Shown here: positions 9,225-18,484 of the stretch, piece by piece
Position numbering within the stretch: position 1 is the stretch's first letter
Layout: each line of letters begins with the position of its first letter
NCBI GenBank assembly: GCA_029776065.1
Contig: JARVJP010000011.1
Location: 214,961-278,960, forward strand
Reading direction: 5' to 3'
DNA length: 64,000 nucleotides
Origin: Nitrososphaeria archaeon
GTDB taxonomy: Archaea; Thermoproteota; Nitrososphaeria; JACIWG01
Translations under genes and position numbers: made by a program
Notes under the pieces: generated by a model
Seen by the model: only the letters and a program-made list of their open reading frames with translations
Told to the model about the DNA's origin: nothing
The model's database searches: none

Positions 9225-11624
9225 TCATCCTTTCCACGCTCCTTTATGCTCCACTTTTAAGGTGGAATATAGGATAATTCCAAATATTATGAGGATCAAC
9301 GTGTATGCTATCGTCTCAAGGGCGTTGTACGGGATTGATGCTATTGATGGGGTAGGGATTGAGGTGCTTGTGGTTATTGGTATTGGTTGTTCATATGATT
9401 GCCCTATCGCTATGATATCGTATCCAACAAGTATCCCTGTTTTAGTGTTTGCTAAGACTGATACCCAATACTCACCAAGCATCGGCGTCTCAAAGGTTAT
9501 ATTCTCTTGGCTGGTGACGAAATGTGTTATCTGGATAGTTTCACCTGGGGTTTGAATTGTAATCCTCGCTGCGATAAAGTCCTTAGGTTGGAATGTGAAT
9601 GTTATGTGGTCCTTTGTATGCTCAACTATGGTTATGCCTACGCGGTTGACGTTGACTCTAATTAGGACTCTTTGGGTGACTTTGTTGCTTGAAATATTTA
9701 TCCAGCCATAAAATGTCCCATAGACTTCGCTTTTTAATTCGGCTTCGATTGTCAATTGAGTGGTGCCATTAATTGAACGCTTATCCTTTAATCGAACGTT
9801 AACATAATCCGGTCCTGTCCAAGTATCAGACACATTTAAAGTGATGTTATTCTCTGTTAAGGGTAAAACCGTGATATTTCTTTGTATTTTAGTCTGGTTT
9901 AAAGGTGACAAGTGAATGACTAGGGAATTCGGCATAACAAGGAAGTCGCTCATTATAGAATTGTAAACATCCATCAACCCTGCTCCTTGTGTGTCGATTG
10001 TGTAAGGTTGTCCTCCGGTCATTAAGGGTTCCGCGTTTCCCATTAGAAGGGACATCACCTCGTAAGGAGTGAGTTCTGGGTGTACTTGCTTTATTAGCGC
10101 TACTGCCCCTGCGACATGCGGTGAAGAAAAACTCGTACCAGAAAGTTGCACATATCTTCCTCGGTAATCGATCGTCGTTACATCGTTTCCAGGCGCTAGA
10201 AGGTTGGGTTTAATATAGAATGGGGATGCTGGTCCCCTTGAACTAAACCATACCACTTGGTAAGGATCTGGGGTTATGGAAAGCCTTCCATTGAGTTGAC
10301 GGCTCTTTAAAGTTTCTACTATAAATTCACCTTCACTCCCTGGAATTGAAGCCACAGGTATGGAAACTTCGTCCTTTAGTGCCCCTATAAAATTATACGA
10401 TTGGTTGTTAAAGACTATCAATGCGATTGCACCCTTCTCTTGGACGTTCTTAGCTTTATCGCTGAAGAAGTAAACTCCTCTTTTAGCGACAGCGATCGCC
10501 CCATTCAGATCCAACCCTAACACTTCCTCTTTGGAGGCTAGTCCTACATAGACTAGTTTTCCTTCTAATGGCTCCTTTGTTTGAACTGTTTTGTTTAAGG
10601 GTATTGCGTCAAAAGAGAGCTCTAGTTCAGGAATTGAAAACTCTGCTTTATAAGATTGCGAACCAATATTAGAGGAGGCACCCACTGATATTACGTTATT
10701 AAGTGCACTTGGGTACTCTATTGTGTAGGTTTCTGGGCCGGAGTTACCAGCTGCGGCAACAACAATAACACCTGCGTTAACCGCGTTGGCGATCGCTGTG
10801 CCTACCGCCTTGTTCTCACCAAGTCCACCAAAGCTTAAGTTGATAATATCTGCACCATCGGCAACAGCTCTATCTATAGCTTGTACAATAAGAGATGTCG
10901 ATGTTTCTTGAAATTCGCTCAGTGCCCTGTAAGCTAGTATTCTAGAATCAGGAGCAACCCCCTTCAGCTTCTCATCTTTACCAGATATTATTACGGCAAC
11001 CGCTGTCCCGTGTCCTTCATCATCCATTGGGTCTTTGTCTTTGTCGATGAAGTCATATCCTCCTACCACTTTGAAGTTCGGTCCAATTCCCCCTCCTAAA
11101 GCTGGTAGTAAGTAGTTGACCCCCGTATCTACAACAGCAACCTCTATCCCATTTCCAGTTACGTTATTACCGTTTATGTCTTGTAGGTTCCAAACTTTAT
11201 CCGAGTTTATCATTTTAACACTATTTTCAAGGTTTACTTTGTAGGTGTTGCTTTTCTCGCATAGTTCAACTTTTTTGTCATTTGAGATTATAGGGATATA
11301 TCTTGAGGGTATTTTGGCGATTACGCCGAGTACCACGGTTTGTAGATATTCTTCTACTTCTACTGGGTAACCTTTACTCTGTAGTTTTGAAACTGCGCTT
11401 AGTAATTCATGTTCTTTCTGTTTTGATATGTTTTGAATTATTGGATTACTTAAAGAAATGTTCATTTCACGCGTGATGGTCGCTAAAGGTTTGCCATTAA
11501 ATATTATTACAACGTCTACAATCGTGTCAAATGGTTCTGCTGAAGTGAAGAAGATTGAAAGCGTGAGTGTTGTTAAAAGGATCACGCAGATGATATGATG
11601 CCTTGCAAGTTTCATTTTCCACAT
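9225..11624 (-). CDS. Secreted subtilisin-like serine protease (peptidase S8) with PA-type insert and C-terminal transmembrane anchor
   Basis: Catalytic triad motifs VAVVDTGV (Asp), HGTAVAVIISG (His), GTSFSSPHVAGAVALI (Ser). N-terminal signal/TM. C-terminal hydrophobic helix TIAYTLILIIFGIILYSTL followed by basic tail. Confidence 0.9.
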   Translation of the reverse strand: MWKMKLARHHIICVILLTTLTLSIFFTSAEPFDTIVDVVIIFNGKPLATITREMNISLSNPIIQNISKQKEHELLSAVSKLQSKGYPVEVEEYLQTVVLGVIAKIPSRYIPIISNDKKVELCEKSNTYKVNLENSVKMINSDKVWNLQDINGNNVTGNGIEVAVVDTGVNYLLPALGGGIGPNFKVVGGYDFIDKDKDPMDDEGHGTAVAVIISGKDEKLKGVAPDSRILAYRALSEFQETSTSLIVQAIDRAVADGADIINLSFGGLGENKAVGTAIANAVNAGVIVVAAAGNSGPETYTIEYPSALNNVISVGASSNIGSQSYKAEFSIPELELSFDAIPLNKTVQTKEPLEGKLVYVGLASKEEVLGLDLNGAIAVAKRGVYFFSDKAKNVQEKGAIALIVFNNQSYNFIGALKDEVSIPVASIPGSEGEFIVETLKSRQLNGRLSITPDPYQVVWFSSRGPASPFYIKPNLLAPGNDVTTIDYRGRYVQLSGTSFSSPHVAGAVALIKQVHPELTPYEVMSLLMGNAEPLMTGGQPYTIDTQGAGLMDVYNSIMSDFLVMPNSLVIHLSPLNQTKIQRNITVLPLTENNITLNVSDTWTGPDYVNVRLKDKRSINGTTQLTIEAELKSEVYGTFYGWINISSNKVTQRVLIRVNVNRVGITIVEHTKDHITFTFQPKDFIAARITIQTPGETIQITHFVTSQENITFETPMLGEYWVSVLANTKTGILVGYDIIAIGQSYEQPIPITTSTSIPTPSIASIPYNALETIAYTLILIIFGIILYSTLKVEHKGAWKG

Positions 11625-11668
11625 TTATTTTTCTACCCTCAGTCACTTTCCCCAGTTAAAAAATCTTG

Positions 11669-12706
11669 CTATATCTCGCTAATCATACGATATATTTCTT
11701 GGTGTATCTTTAATGCGTCTTCTCTGTCCTTTGGTCCGATCAAAAGCATGTTTCCACTTTTCATAAGGGTTATCTTCACGTCAGGGCTATAGTCAAAGCT
11801 TATAGAGTTCTTTGTAAGTAGCCTTACCTTATATGTGTTAGATATCTTTTGCGCGACCTTTGGCATGTCGAAGTCAAATGTTCTTTTAGGTGTTGTTGTG
11901 TACTTATTCCTTCCACAGACTTCAACTATGCTCACCTCTTTTCTGGTAGTATCTATTATTGACTTGCAAGAGAGGCATTTCTCGTTCTTATAGAATGGTA
12001 TTATGTCCATACTAGGTTGGCTGAGGTCTACAACGCAGAGCTTGTTCTCTAAGAGCCCTTTTCCATGTACAACCAAGTTGACTACCTCGTTCACCTCTAA
12101 GCTGGCAACCAGAGTTACTGCACTAGGTAGTACTCCTACAGTTTCACACGTTAGAGTAGGCTGCCCTATTAGTGATGCGAGATTACATTCTAAGCATCCT
12201 GTTCTAGTTGGCGTAAATGTGCTTAAGTTGCCATATGTCTCAAGAACTCCCGCATAAACATATGGAATCTTATTTAGGATGCTTGCTCTATTGACCGCAA
12301 CCCTTGGGATGAAGCTATCCAACCCATCTACAACAATATCCGCATCCTTCAAGAATTGTATTGCCGTGTCTTCGTTTATTGTCTGTGTTGAAGAGCTGAC
12401 AATCGTGTTTGGGTTGACCTCTTTTATCCTCTCCTCAATTACCTCAACCTTTGGCTTCCCTATATCATTATGGTGAAAGTTGGTTTGTCTATGTATGTTC
12501 GATAGGTCTACTATATCATTGTCGATGATCTTTATAGCGCCGATACCAATGCCTGCCAACGATACTGCGATATGTCCTCCGAGTCCTCCTACACCAGCTA
12601 TGGCAACTCGTGCTCTTTTCAACTTCAGCTGCCCATTCTCACCTATATGTTTAAGGACCAGTTGTCTGGAATACCTGATCTTCTCTTCTGCACTTACTTC
12701 TGACAA
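11669..12706 (-). CDS. ThiF/MoeB/UbaA-family E1-like adenylyltransferase with ~100-aa C-terminal extension
   Basis: RYSRQLVL start, GVGGLGG nucleotide-binding loop, CxxC zinc motifs (TGCLEC...CLSC). Residues ~250-345 form an extra C-terminal domain. Confidence 0.8.
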   Translation of the reverse strand: MSEVSAEEKIRYSRQLVLKHIGENGQLKLKRARVAIAGVGGLGGHIAVSLAGIGIGAIKIIDNDIVDLSNIHRQTNFHHNDIGKPKVEVIEERIKEVNPNTIVSSSTQTINEDTAIQFLKDADIVVDGLDSFIPRVAVNRASILNKIPYVYAGVLETYGNLSTFTPTRTGCLECNLASLIGQPTLTCETVGVLPSAVTLVASLEVNEVVNLVVHGKGLLENKLCVVDLSQPSMDIIPFYKNEKCLSCKSIIDTTRKEVSIVEVCGRNKYTTTPKRTFDFDMPKVAQKISNTYKVRLLTKNSISFDYSPDVKITLMKSGNMLLIGPKDREDALKIHQEIYRMISEI

Positions 12707-12845
12707 TCTGACTGTTACACCACTTGGTCTGATGGTATCTTCTGTGATTTAAAAGATTTCTAAATTAAGTGCTATGTTGATAGAGTCTAATGATCTTTAG
12801 AAACCTCTTTATACCCTATTAAAAGATGGCAAATGAAGAACATAG

Positions 12846-13625
12846 ATGCTGAAGAGGGTAGAAGTCATCCCGTTAAAGTCTCACCTAGTTAAAGAAGGTG
12901 AAGACGTAGTAGGTATCATCATCAAATTACTAAAGAGGAGTAGAATTCGACTTAAAGATAAGGATGTGATCGTGATCGCTGACAAAATACTCGCTATTTC
13001 AGAAGGTAGGATCGTCAACTACGAGAAGACCATTTCAAGCGAAGAAGCGAAGATCCTCTCTGAGAAGTATGCTCTTGAACCTGGATTCGTGCAAATCGTA
13101 TTAGATGAATCCGAAAGAATATTTGGTGGTGTGAAGAGAGCTATACTCTCAATCAATAATGGCATACTAATGGCTAACGCTGGAGTAGACCATAAGAATG
13201 CGCCTGTCGGTTTTGCAGCTTTATGGCCTAAAGACCCTGATGGGACAGCGCGTAGGATTAGGGAAGAGCTTGAAAAGAGAACTGGCAAAAGAGTCGGGGT
13301 AGTAATATCTGACAGTAGAGTTAACCCGATGAGACGTGGAACGGTTGGAATTGCGATAGGCTCATCCGGTATACTGCCTGTAATAGACTGTAGGGGCAAA
13401 ACAGATCTTTTTGGTAAGTCTTTAAAAATTACCTTCATAAACGTGGTCGACGACCTGGCTTGTATGGCTCATATGGTGATGGGGGAGACAACAGAAATGA
13501 CGCCGGTAGTACTCATAAGGAATGCCAACATCATACTTGATGGTGAAGCGACTTCAGAGCAGGTTAAGATCAGTGAAGACGAATGTTTGATCGTTAGGAG
13601 CATTAAGGAGTACTTCGCATCATAG
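12846..13625 (+). CDS. cofE: F420-0:gamma-glutamyl ligase family protein (CofE-like)
   Basis: Length and conserved blocks of the CofE family (...IADKILAISEGR..., ...ANAGVDHKNAP..., ...VVISDSRVNPMRRGTVGIAIG...). Confidence 0.7.
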   Translation: MLKRVEVIPLKSHLVKEGEDVVGIIIKLLKRSRIRLKDKDVIVIADKILAISEGRIVNYEKTISSEEAKILSEKYALEPGFVQIVLDESERIFGGVKRAILSINNGILMANAGVDHKNAPVGFAALWPKDPDGTARRIREELEKRTGKRVGVVISDSRVNPMRRGTVGIAIGSSGILPVIDCRGKTDLFGKSLKITFINVVDDLACMAHMVMGETTEMTPVVLIRNANIILDGEATSEQVKISEDECLIVRSIKEYFAS

Positions 13626-13680
13626 TAAGGAAGTCTGTTTATATCCCGCACTAAATTTAAAAGGACATGTAACCCATTAA

Positions 13681-14157
13681 ATGTTATGGATGGCGTTGGA
13701 AAGCTTCGAAAGTGATCTATCAGCTATCTTTGAAGCGGTGGGTGGAAAGCAACGGGCACGTCTAATTTTAGCCCTTAGAGAAGGCGCTGAAAGGCCTTCA
13801 AAACTAAGTCATAAGTTAGATGTACCTCTCCCAAACTTATACAGGATATTCAACGAATTAAAGGAGGTAAATTTAGTCGAATCCATTGAGAAAGAGGGTA
13901 TCGTATACTGGGCGCTATCTCCTTTGGGTGAAAGATGGTTAAATGCGAACATCAGCGCACTATCTGAAAAGGTGTTAAAGACAGAGTCGAAACATGGTTT
14001 TTGGCGAAGGCAGAAACGGCACTTTCCTTTATATGTTTCGCTTTTAATATTCTCTTTCGCACTTATTCGTGGCCTTATGGTATCGCAGTCATCGTATATA
14101 ATCGGGGGTTTGATGCTCGCAGTCATAGTCTTCGTGGTCTTGGAAAAAGTTAAATGA
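13681..14157 (+). CDS. Membrane-anchored ArsR-like winged-helix transcription regulator
   Basis: N-terminal wHTH (RARLILALREG...PSKLSHKLDVPLPNLYRIFNELKEVNLVE) followed by two C-terminal hydrophobic helices. Confidence 0.55.
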   Translation: MLWMALESFESDLSAIFEAVGGKQRARLILALREGAERPSKLSHKLDVPLPNLYRIFNELKEVNLVESIEKEGIVYWALSPLGERWLNANISALSEKVLKTESKHGFWRRQKRHFPLYVSLLIFSFALIRGLMVSQSSYIIGGLMLAVIVFVVLEKVK

Positions 14158-14179
14158 TAAATTATGATCATGTTATCTT

Positions 14180-15124
14180 ATGGTAATGAAGGAAACGAAA
14201 GAATTTGATATTGTAGTGGTTGGAGCTGGGCCTGCTGGATTGACTTCTGCACTTTATACTGGGAGAAGTGGGAGAAGTTGTATTGTACTTGAGCGCCTTA
14301 CTGTAGGAGGACAAGTTACGCTTACCGATCTGATTGAAAATTATCCTGGATTTTCTAAGATAAGTGGGGAAGAACTGGCCCAGAGACTCATAGACCAAGT
14401 CAAACTCTATTCTGTCCCAATAGAAGTAAAGGAGGTAACACGACTCATAAATAAAGGTGAGCGTAAGCTTGTCGTAACCGATGAGACTGATTACATCGCT
14501 AAAGCTGTAATAATTGCTACAGGAACGAAGCCGAAGATGCTTATAGTTCCAGGTGAAAAAGAATTCTATGGAAAAGGAGTTTCCTATTGTGCTTTATGCG
14601 ATGGTAACTTCTTCAAGGAAAAAGTTGTTGCTGTGGTAGGTGGCGGAGACTCAGGTGTCAAAGAAGCAATCTACTTATCACGAATTGCCAGGAAGGTCTA
14701 TTTGATCCATCGACGCGATCGATTGAAAGCAGAAAAAGCTCTCCAGTTAAAGGCGTTTCAGATAAACAACATAGAAATACTTTGGTCGACAGTAATTTCT
14801 TCTATAAATGGCTTAGATAAAGTTGACAGTTTAACCCTAAAGAATCTCAAGACTAATGAATCATATAAGCTGCCTGTAGAAGGGGTCTTCATTTACGTTG
14901 GGTTAGCACCTAATACTAGTGTTTTTGATGTCGCTAAAGATAAATATGACTTCATTAGGGTGAACGATAAAATGATGACGTCGATACCAGGTGTTTTCGC
15001 GGCAGGAGATTGTGTTGTACAGAATTCTGCTGGTCCTTGGGGGCAGATTTCTACCGCGGTTGGGGATGGAGCGAAAGCCGCCATTTGTGCAGATGAGTAT
15101 ATTTCTAAAGTTTTAAATGAGTAG
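14180..15124 (+). CDS. trxB: Thioredoxin reductase
   Basis: FAD motif VVGAGPAG, redox-active CALCDG, NAD(P)H motif GGGDSG, C-terminal FAD motif GVFAAGD. Confidence 0.9.
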   Translation: MVMKETKEFDIVVVGAGPAGLTSALYTGRSGRSCIVLERLTVGGQVTLTDLIENYPGFSKISGEELAQRLIDQVKLYSVPIEVKEVTRLINKGERKLVVTDETDYIAKAVIIATGTKPKMLIVPGEKEFYGKGVSYCALCDGNFFKEKVVAVVGGGDSGVKEAIYLSRIARKVYLIHRRDRLKAEKALQLKAFQINNIEILWSTVISSINGLDKVDSLTLKNLKTNESYKLPVEGVFIYVGLAPNTSVFDVAKDKYDFIRVNDKMMTSIPGVFAAGDCVVQNSAGPWGQISTAVGDGAKAAICADEYISKVLNE

Positions 15125-15167
15125 AAGTCTTTTATATCTAATGATAATAAGTCTTTAGGAGAAAGAG

Positions 15168-15884
15168 TTGACTGTTCTCCTATTCCAAAGTGACAGTTAC
15201 TTGAAAGATTTTGAAGCGACGGTAGTAGGTTTTCAAGATAACGCCTTAATACTAGATAGAACCGCCTTCCATCCTCTTTCAGGTGGGGTTGACCACGATA
15301 TAGGTACCTTAACTGTGAATCGGAGCCAATATAATGTGATTCAAGTGAATGAAGACAGGCTTACAGGTAATGTTTTTCACGTTGTAGAAGGTAAGCCTAA
15401 TGTATCAGTTGGCGATAGAGTTAAAGGAAGCATTAACTGGGGAAGAAGATATAGTTTAATGAAACTGCATACGGCTGCGCACATACTATCTTCTATACTA
15501 TACAATAAATACAACGCGTATGTAACAGGGGGGCAAATCGACCCACAGCACGCCAGAGACGACTTTAGTCTTGATTCATCAGATAGGCAAGTATTTGAAG
15601 ATGCAATAGACGCCACAAACTCCATAATCGAGAAAGGGATAGAAGTGAAGGTGTACTTCTTATCACGTGAGGAGGCTCTGAAAATACCTGGTATAGTAAA
15701 GCTCGCACAACGTGCCCCTCCTAACTTGGACATTCTAAGGATAGTTGAAGTCCCAGGAGTTGATATTCAAGCAGATGGGGGGCCACATGTTCAAAACACA
15801 AAAGAAATTGGTGAAATCGCCCTTGAAAAGATAGAAAACAAAGGTAAAGGGAGAAAGCGGGTTTACTATAAACTTTCTGAGTAA
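15168..15884 (+). CDS. Alanyl-tRNA editing protein AlaX-M-like (Thr/Ala-tRNA synthetase second additional domain)
   Basis: HTAAHIL (HxxxH) and GGPHV zinc-site-like motifs. Size (~238 aa) matches AlaX-M. Confidence 0.6.
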   Translation: MTVLLFQSDSYLKDFEATVVGFQDNALILDRTAFHPLSGGVDHDIGTLTVNRSQYNVIQVNEDRLTGNVFHVVEGKPNVSVGDRVKGSINWGRRYSLMKLHTAAHILSSILYNKYNAYVTGGQIDPQHARDDFSLDSSDRQVFEDAIDATNSIIEKGIEVKVYFLSREEALKIPGIVKLAQRAPPNLDILRIVEVPGVDIQADGGPHVQNTKEIGEIALEKIENKGKGRKRVYYKLSE

Positions 15885-15925
15885 AAGCAAAAGCTCTTTA
15901 ACAAACAAGCTGAAGTCTATAAAGG

Positions 15926-16738
15926 ATGAGAAGTCCCCCTATTGTACTCTTTACAGACTTTGGAGAAGGAAGTATTTATGTTGGTGAAATGAAAGGAATC
16001 ATTTTAAAGGTGAACCCCTCCTGCACTATCGTAGACCTAACACATAATATACCACCTCAAAACGTTCTTCAAGGCGCTTTTCTGCTTAAGGAAACTTTCC
16101 GTTTTTTCCCTAGACAAAGCATATTTGTTTGCGTAGTCGATCCAGAGGTAGGTTCAACAAGGAAGAACCTTGCTATTAAAACTAGAAACTTCATTTTTTT
16201 AGGCCCAGATAACGGAATCCTCTTCCCAGCTGTACGCGAAGATAGAGTGGACAAGGTTGTGAGCATAGAAAATAAGGCTCAGTTACCAGAAAAGATCTCC
16301 CCCACTTTCCATGGGAGAGATGTTTTTGCTTATGTTGCAGCTAAGATTTCTAAGGGGTTACCTATCGAAGAATTAGGCCCAATGGTACGGGAAATTAAAG
16401 AGTTAGCCATACCTGTTCCTCATGTGGAAGGAGAAAAAATAGTATGCAAAGTTTTATTTATTGACTCCTTTGGTAACATTGTTACAAACCTCAAGAGAGT
16501 GAACTTCCGAGGAAAGTTAGATGAGTCTTTAGAGATATTGATAAGAGGAAGTCGATTTACAATACCTCTTGTAAGATCATATCATGAAGTAAAGGAGAAT
16601 CAGCCTTTAACTTTATTCAATAGCTTCGACTGCTTAGAAATTGCTGTGAACCGAGGTAATGCGTCCAAATGCTTCAAGGTTAAATGCGGTGACACAATCA
16701 GCATTAAAATTGGTAAAGAGAAAAATTTAATATCTTAA
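15926..16738 (+). CDS. S-adenosyl-L-methionine hydroxide adenosyltransferase / SAM hydrolase (DUF62; fluorinase/chlorinase superfamily)
   Basis: N-terminal LFTDFGEGSIYVGEMKG, VVDPEVGS, GPDNG, TFHGRD blocks and ~270-aa two-domain length typical of DUF62 enzymes. Confidence 0.75.
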   Translation: MRSPPIVLFTDFGEGSIYVGEMKGIILKVNPSCTIVDLTHNIPPQNVLQGAFLLKETFRFFPRQSIFVCVVDPEVGSTRKNLAIKTRNFIFLGPDNGILFPAVREDRVDKVVSIENKAQLPEKISPTFHGRDVFAYVAAKISKGLPIEELGPMVREIKELAIPVPHVEGEKIVCKVLFIDSFGNIVTNLKRVNFRGKLDESLEILIRGSRFTIPLVRSYHEVKENQPLTLFNSFDCLEIAVNRGNASKCFKVKCGDTISIKIGKEKNLIS

Positions 16739-16765
16739 GAAAACCAATACTTGAATTGATATTTA

Positions 16766-17389
16766 TTGAACACAAGCAAATCCAAGGTAACGAGCATAAT
16801 CATAGCAAATGAACTCACATACATGCCATTGCCCAACAGATTCTACAGCACCACTACCGAATCTTCTGTGCTCGAATACGTTCTGGACGCTTTATGGACC
16901 ATATACGATAATATTCTGATATTAACACCGATCGAACCTCCTATTGATATACTTGAGAGAATCAACCCTGTTGGCGCCAGAATCATTATGGGCAAGGGTA
17001 AAAGCCTTCCTGAAATGTTATCTACAGCATTGGAGTTTGTTGAAACACCTGTAACTGTCTTAGTCAGCGGTGATAGGCCCCTTCTAAAGCCAAATATTTT
17101 GTTTACTGTAGGTTATAGTATTAACGAATATGAAATTGCGATCCCCAGGTGGAAGGATAAGAAGGTCGACCCGTTCCTAGCCTCTTATAAAACATCGGTT
17201 CTTAAAAGGTTGATAAGTAAATTTAAGACTCAAGATGATTTTTATAAGCTTCATGATATGTTGACCGATGTTCTTTATTTATCTGTGGAAAGCGAACTCA
17301 AAACATTAGACCCTGAACTTTACTCGTTCATCAAGCTAGAGAGCCCTAATGATAGAGAAAGGGTTGTTAAGATTATAGATTTGAAGTAG
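16766..17389 (+). CDS. Uncharacterized NTP-transferase-like (MobA/CofC-like fold) protein
   Basis: Weak resemblance to MobA-like nucleotidyltransferases (IIIAN...; VLVSGDRPLL). Low confidence. Confidence 0.3.
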   Translation: MNTSKSKVTSIIIANELTYMPLPNRFYSTTTESSVLEYVLDALWTIYDNILILTPIEPPIDILERINPVGARIIMGKGKSLPEMLSTALEFVETPVTVLVSGDRPLLKPNILFTVGYSINEYEIAIPRWKDKKVDPFLASYKTSVLKRLISKFKTQDDFYKLHDMLTDVLYLSVESELKTLDPELYSFIKLESPNDRERVVKIIDLK

Positions 17390-17524
17390 TTAACTGCTCA
17401 TGGTTTAAGGAGCTTGTTATAGTTACTGTAGAAATATCAGATATTCCTCTATCTACTTTTTAATTTTTTAACAATTTTATACTCTAAAAAACTATTAAAT
17501 TCCACCATACAATAAGTAGGTTGT

Positions 17525-18478
17525 ATGAGAAAAGTTGGTGTTGCCTACGGTGAAGCGTTGCTTCAATATTCCTTTGGGATAGATCATCCAATGAACTTTA
17601 ATCGCATTAGATCTTTTTTTAGGATGTTCGATAAGCAATTCAAAGAAAATGGTTTGTTTGATGACATAATATTAATTAGCCCTGTTCTGGCTCAGGAGGA
17701 AGTTATAAAGTTGTTTCACACTGAAGAATACATTGAATATGTTAAGAAAGCGTCGCTCAATGGCTTTGGGTATCTGGATTACGGCGACACTCCTGCCTTT
17801 AAAGGCATCTTTGAGGCTTCATCGTACGTTGTAGGTACAACAATAGAGTGCGTTGAAAAAATTATGGACGACATCGTTGCCTTCGCCTTCAACCCCATGG
17901 GAGGGCTCCACCATGCTCGAAGAGATTCGGCTGCAGGTTTTTGCGTTTTCAATGATATTGGAGTTGCAATAGAGTTTTTACGTAAGAAGCATGGTGTCAA
18001 ATCTTTTTTGTATGTTGACATTGATGCACACCATGGAGATGGGATCTTCTATGAATATCTAGAAGATAAAGATGTTTGGATTGTGGACGTGCACGAGGAC
18101 TGGCGAACACTTTACCCTGGTACAGGTAAAGAAACTGAGAGGGGTGAAGGCAATGCTTTTGGTACTAAAATGAACATAACCCTGCCTGCAGGGTCTGATG
18201 ACGCAGACTTTTATAAGAGGTTCAATGAAATAAAGTTTTTCACCGCAGATTTAAAGCCTGATTTCATTATATTTCAGTGTGGTGGGGACTCCCTTAAAGG
18301 TGATCCAATTACCCACCTTAACCTGTCACCTCAGGTGCATAAGGATTTAGCGTCTTTGCTTAAAAAGGTCTGTTTGGAGAGTGGGAGTCACGGTATCTTG
18401 GCTCTTGGAGGTGGCGGTTATAATAATATAATGACCTCACAAGCTTGGATTAATGTTATAAATGCGCTGCTTGAATGA
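17525..18478 (+). CDS. Histone deacetylase superfamily protein (AcuC / acetylpolyamine amidohydrolase-like)
   Basis: GGLHHA, DIDAHHGDG and GGGGY signature blocks of the arginase/deacetylase fold. Confidence 0.85.
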   Translation: MRKVGVAYGEALLQYSFGIDHPMNFNRIRSFFRMFDKQFKENGLFDDIILISPVLAQEEVIKLFHTEEYIEYVKKASLNGFGYLDYGDTPAFKGIFEASSYVVGTTIECVEKIMDDIVAFAFNPMGGLHHARRDSAAGFCVFNDIGVAIEFLRKKHGVKSFLYVDIDAHHGDGIFYEYLEDKDVWIVDVHEDWRTLYPGTGKETERGEGNAFGTKMNITLPAGSDDADFYKRFNEIKFFTADLKPDFIIFQCGGDSLKGDPITHLNLSPQVHKDLASLLKKVCLESGSHGILALGGGGYNNIMTSQAWINVINALLE

Positions 18479-18484
18479 TCTATG

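Noticed and set aside
9225-11624. PGF-CTERM/archaeosortase signal at the C-terminus of the S8 protease
   Set aside because: C-terminal TM helix and basic tail are present but there is no PGF tripeptide. Treated simply as a C-terminal membrane anchor.
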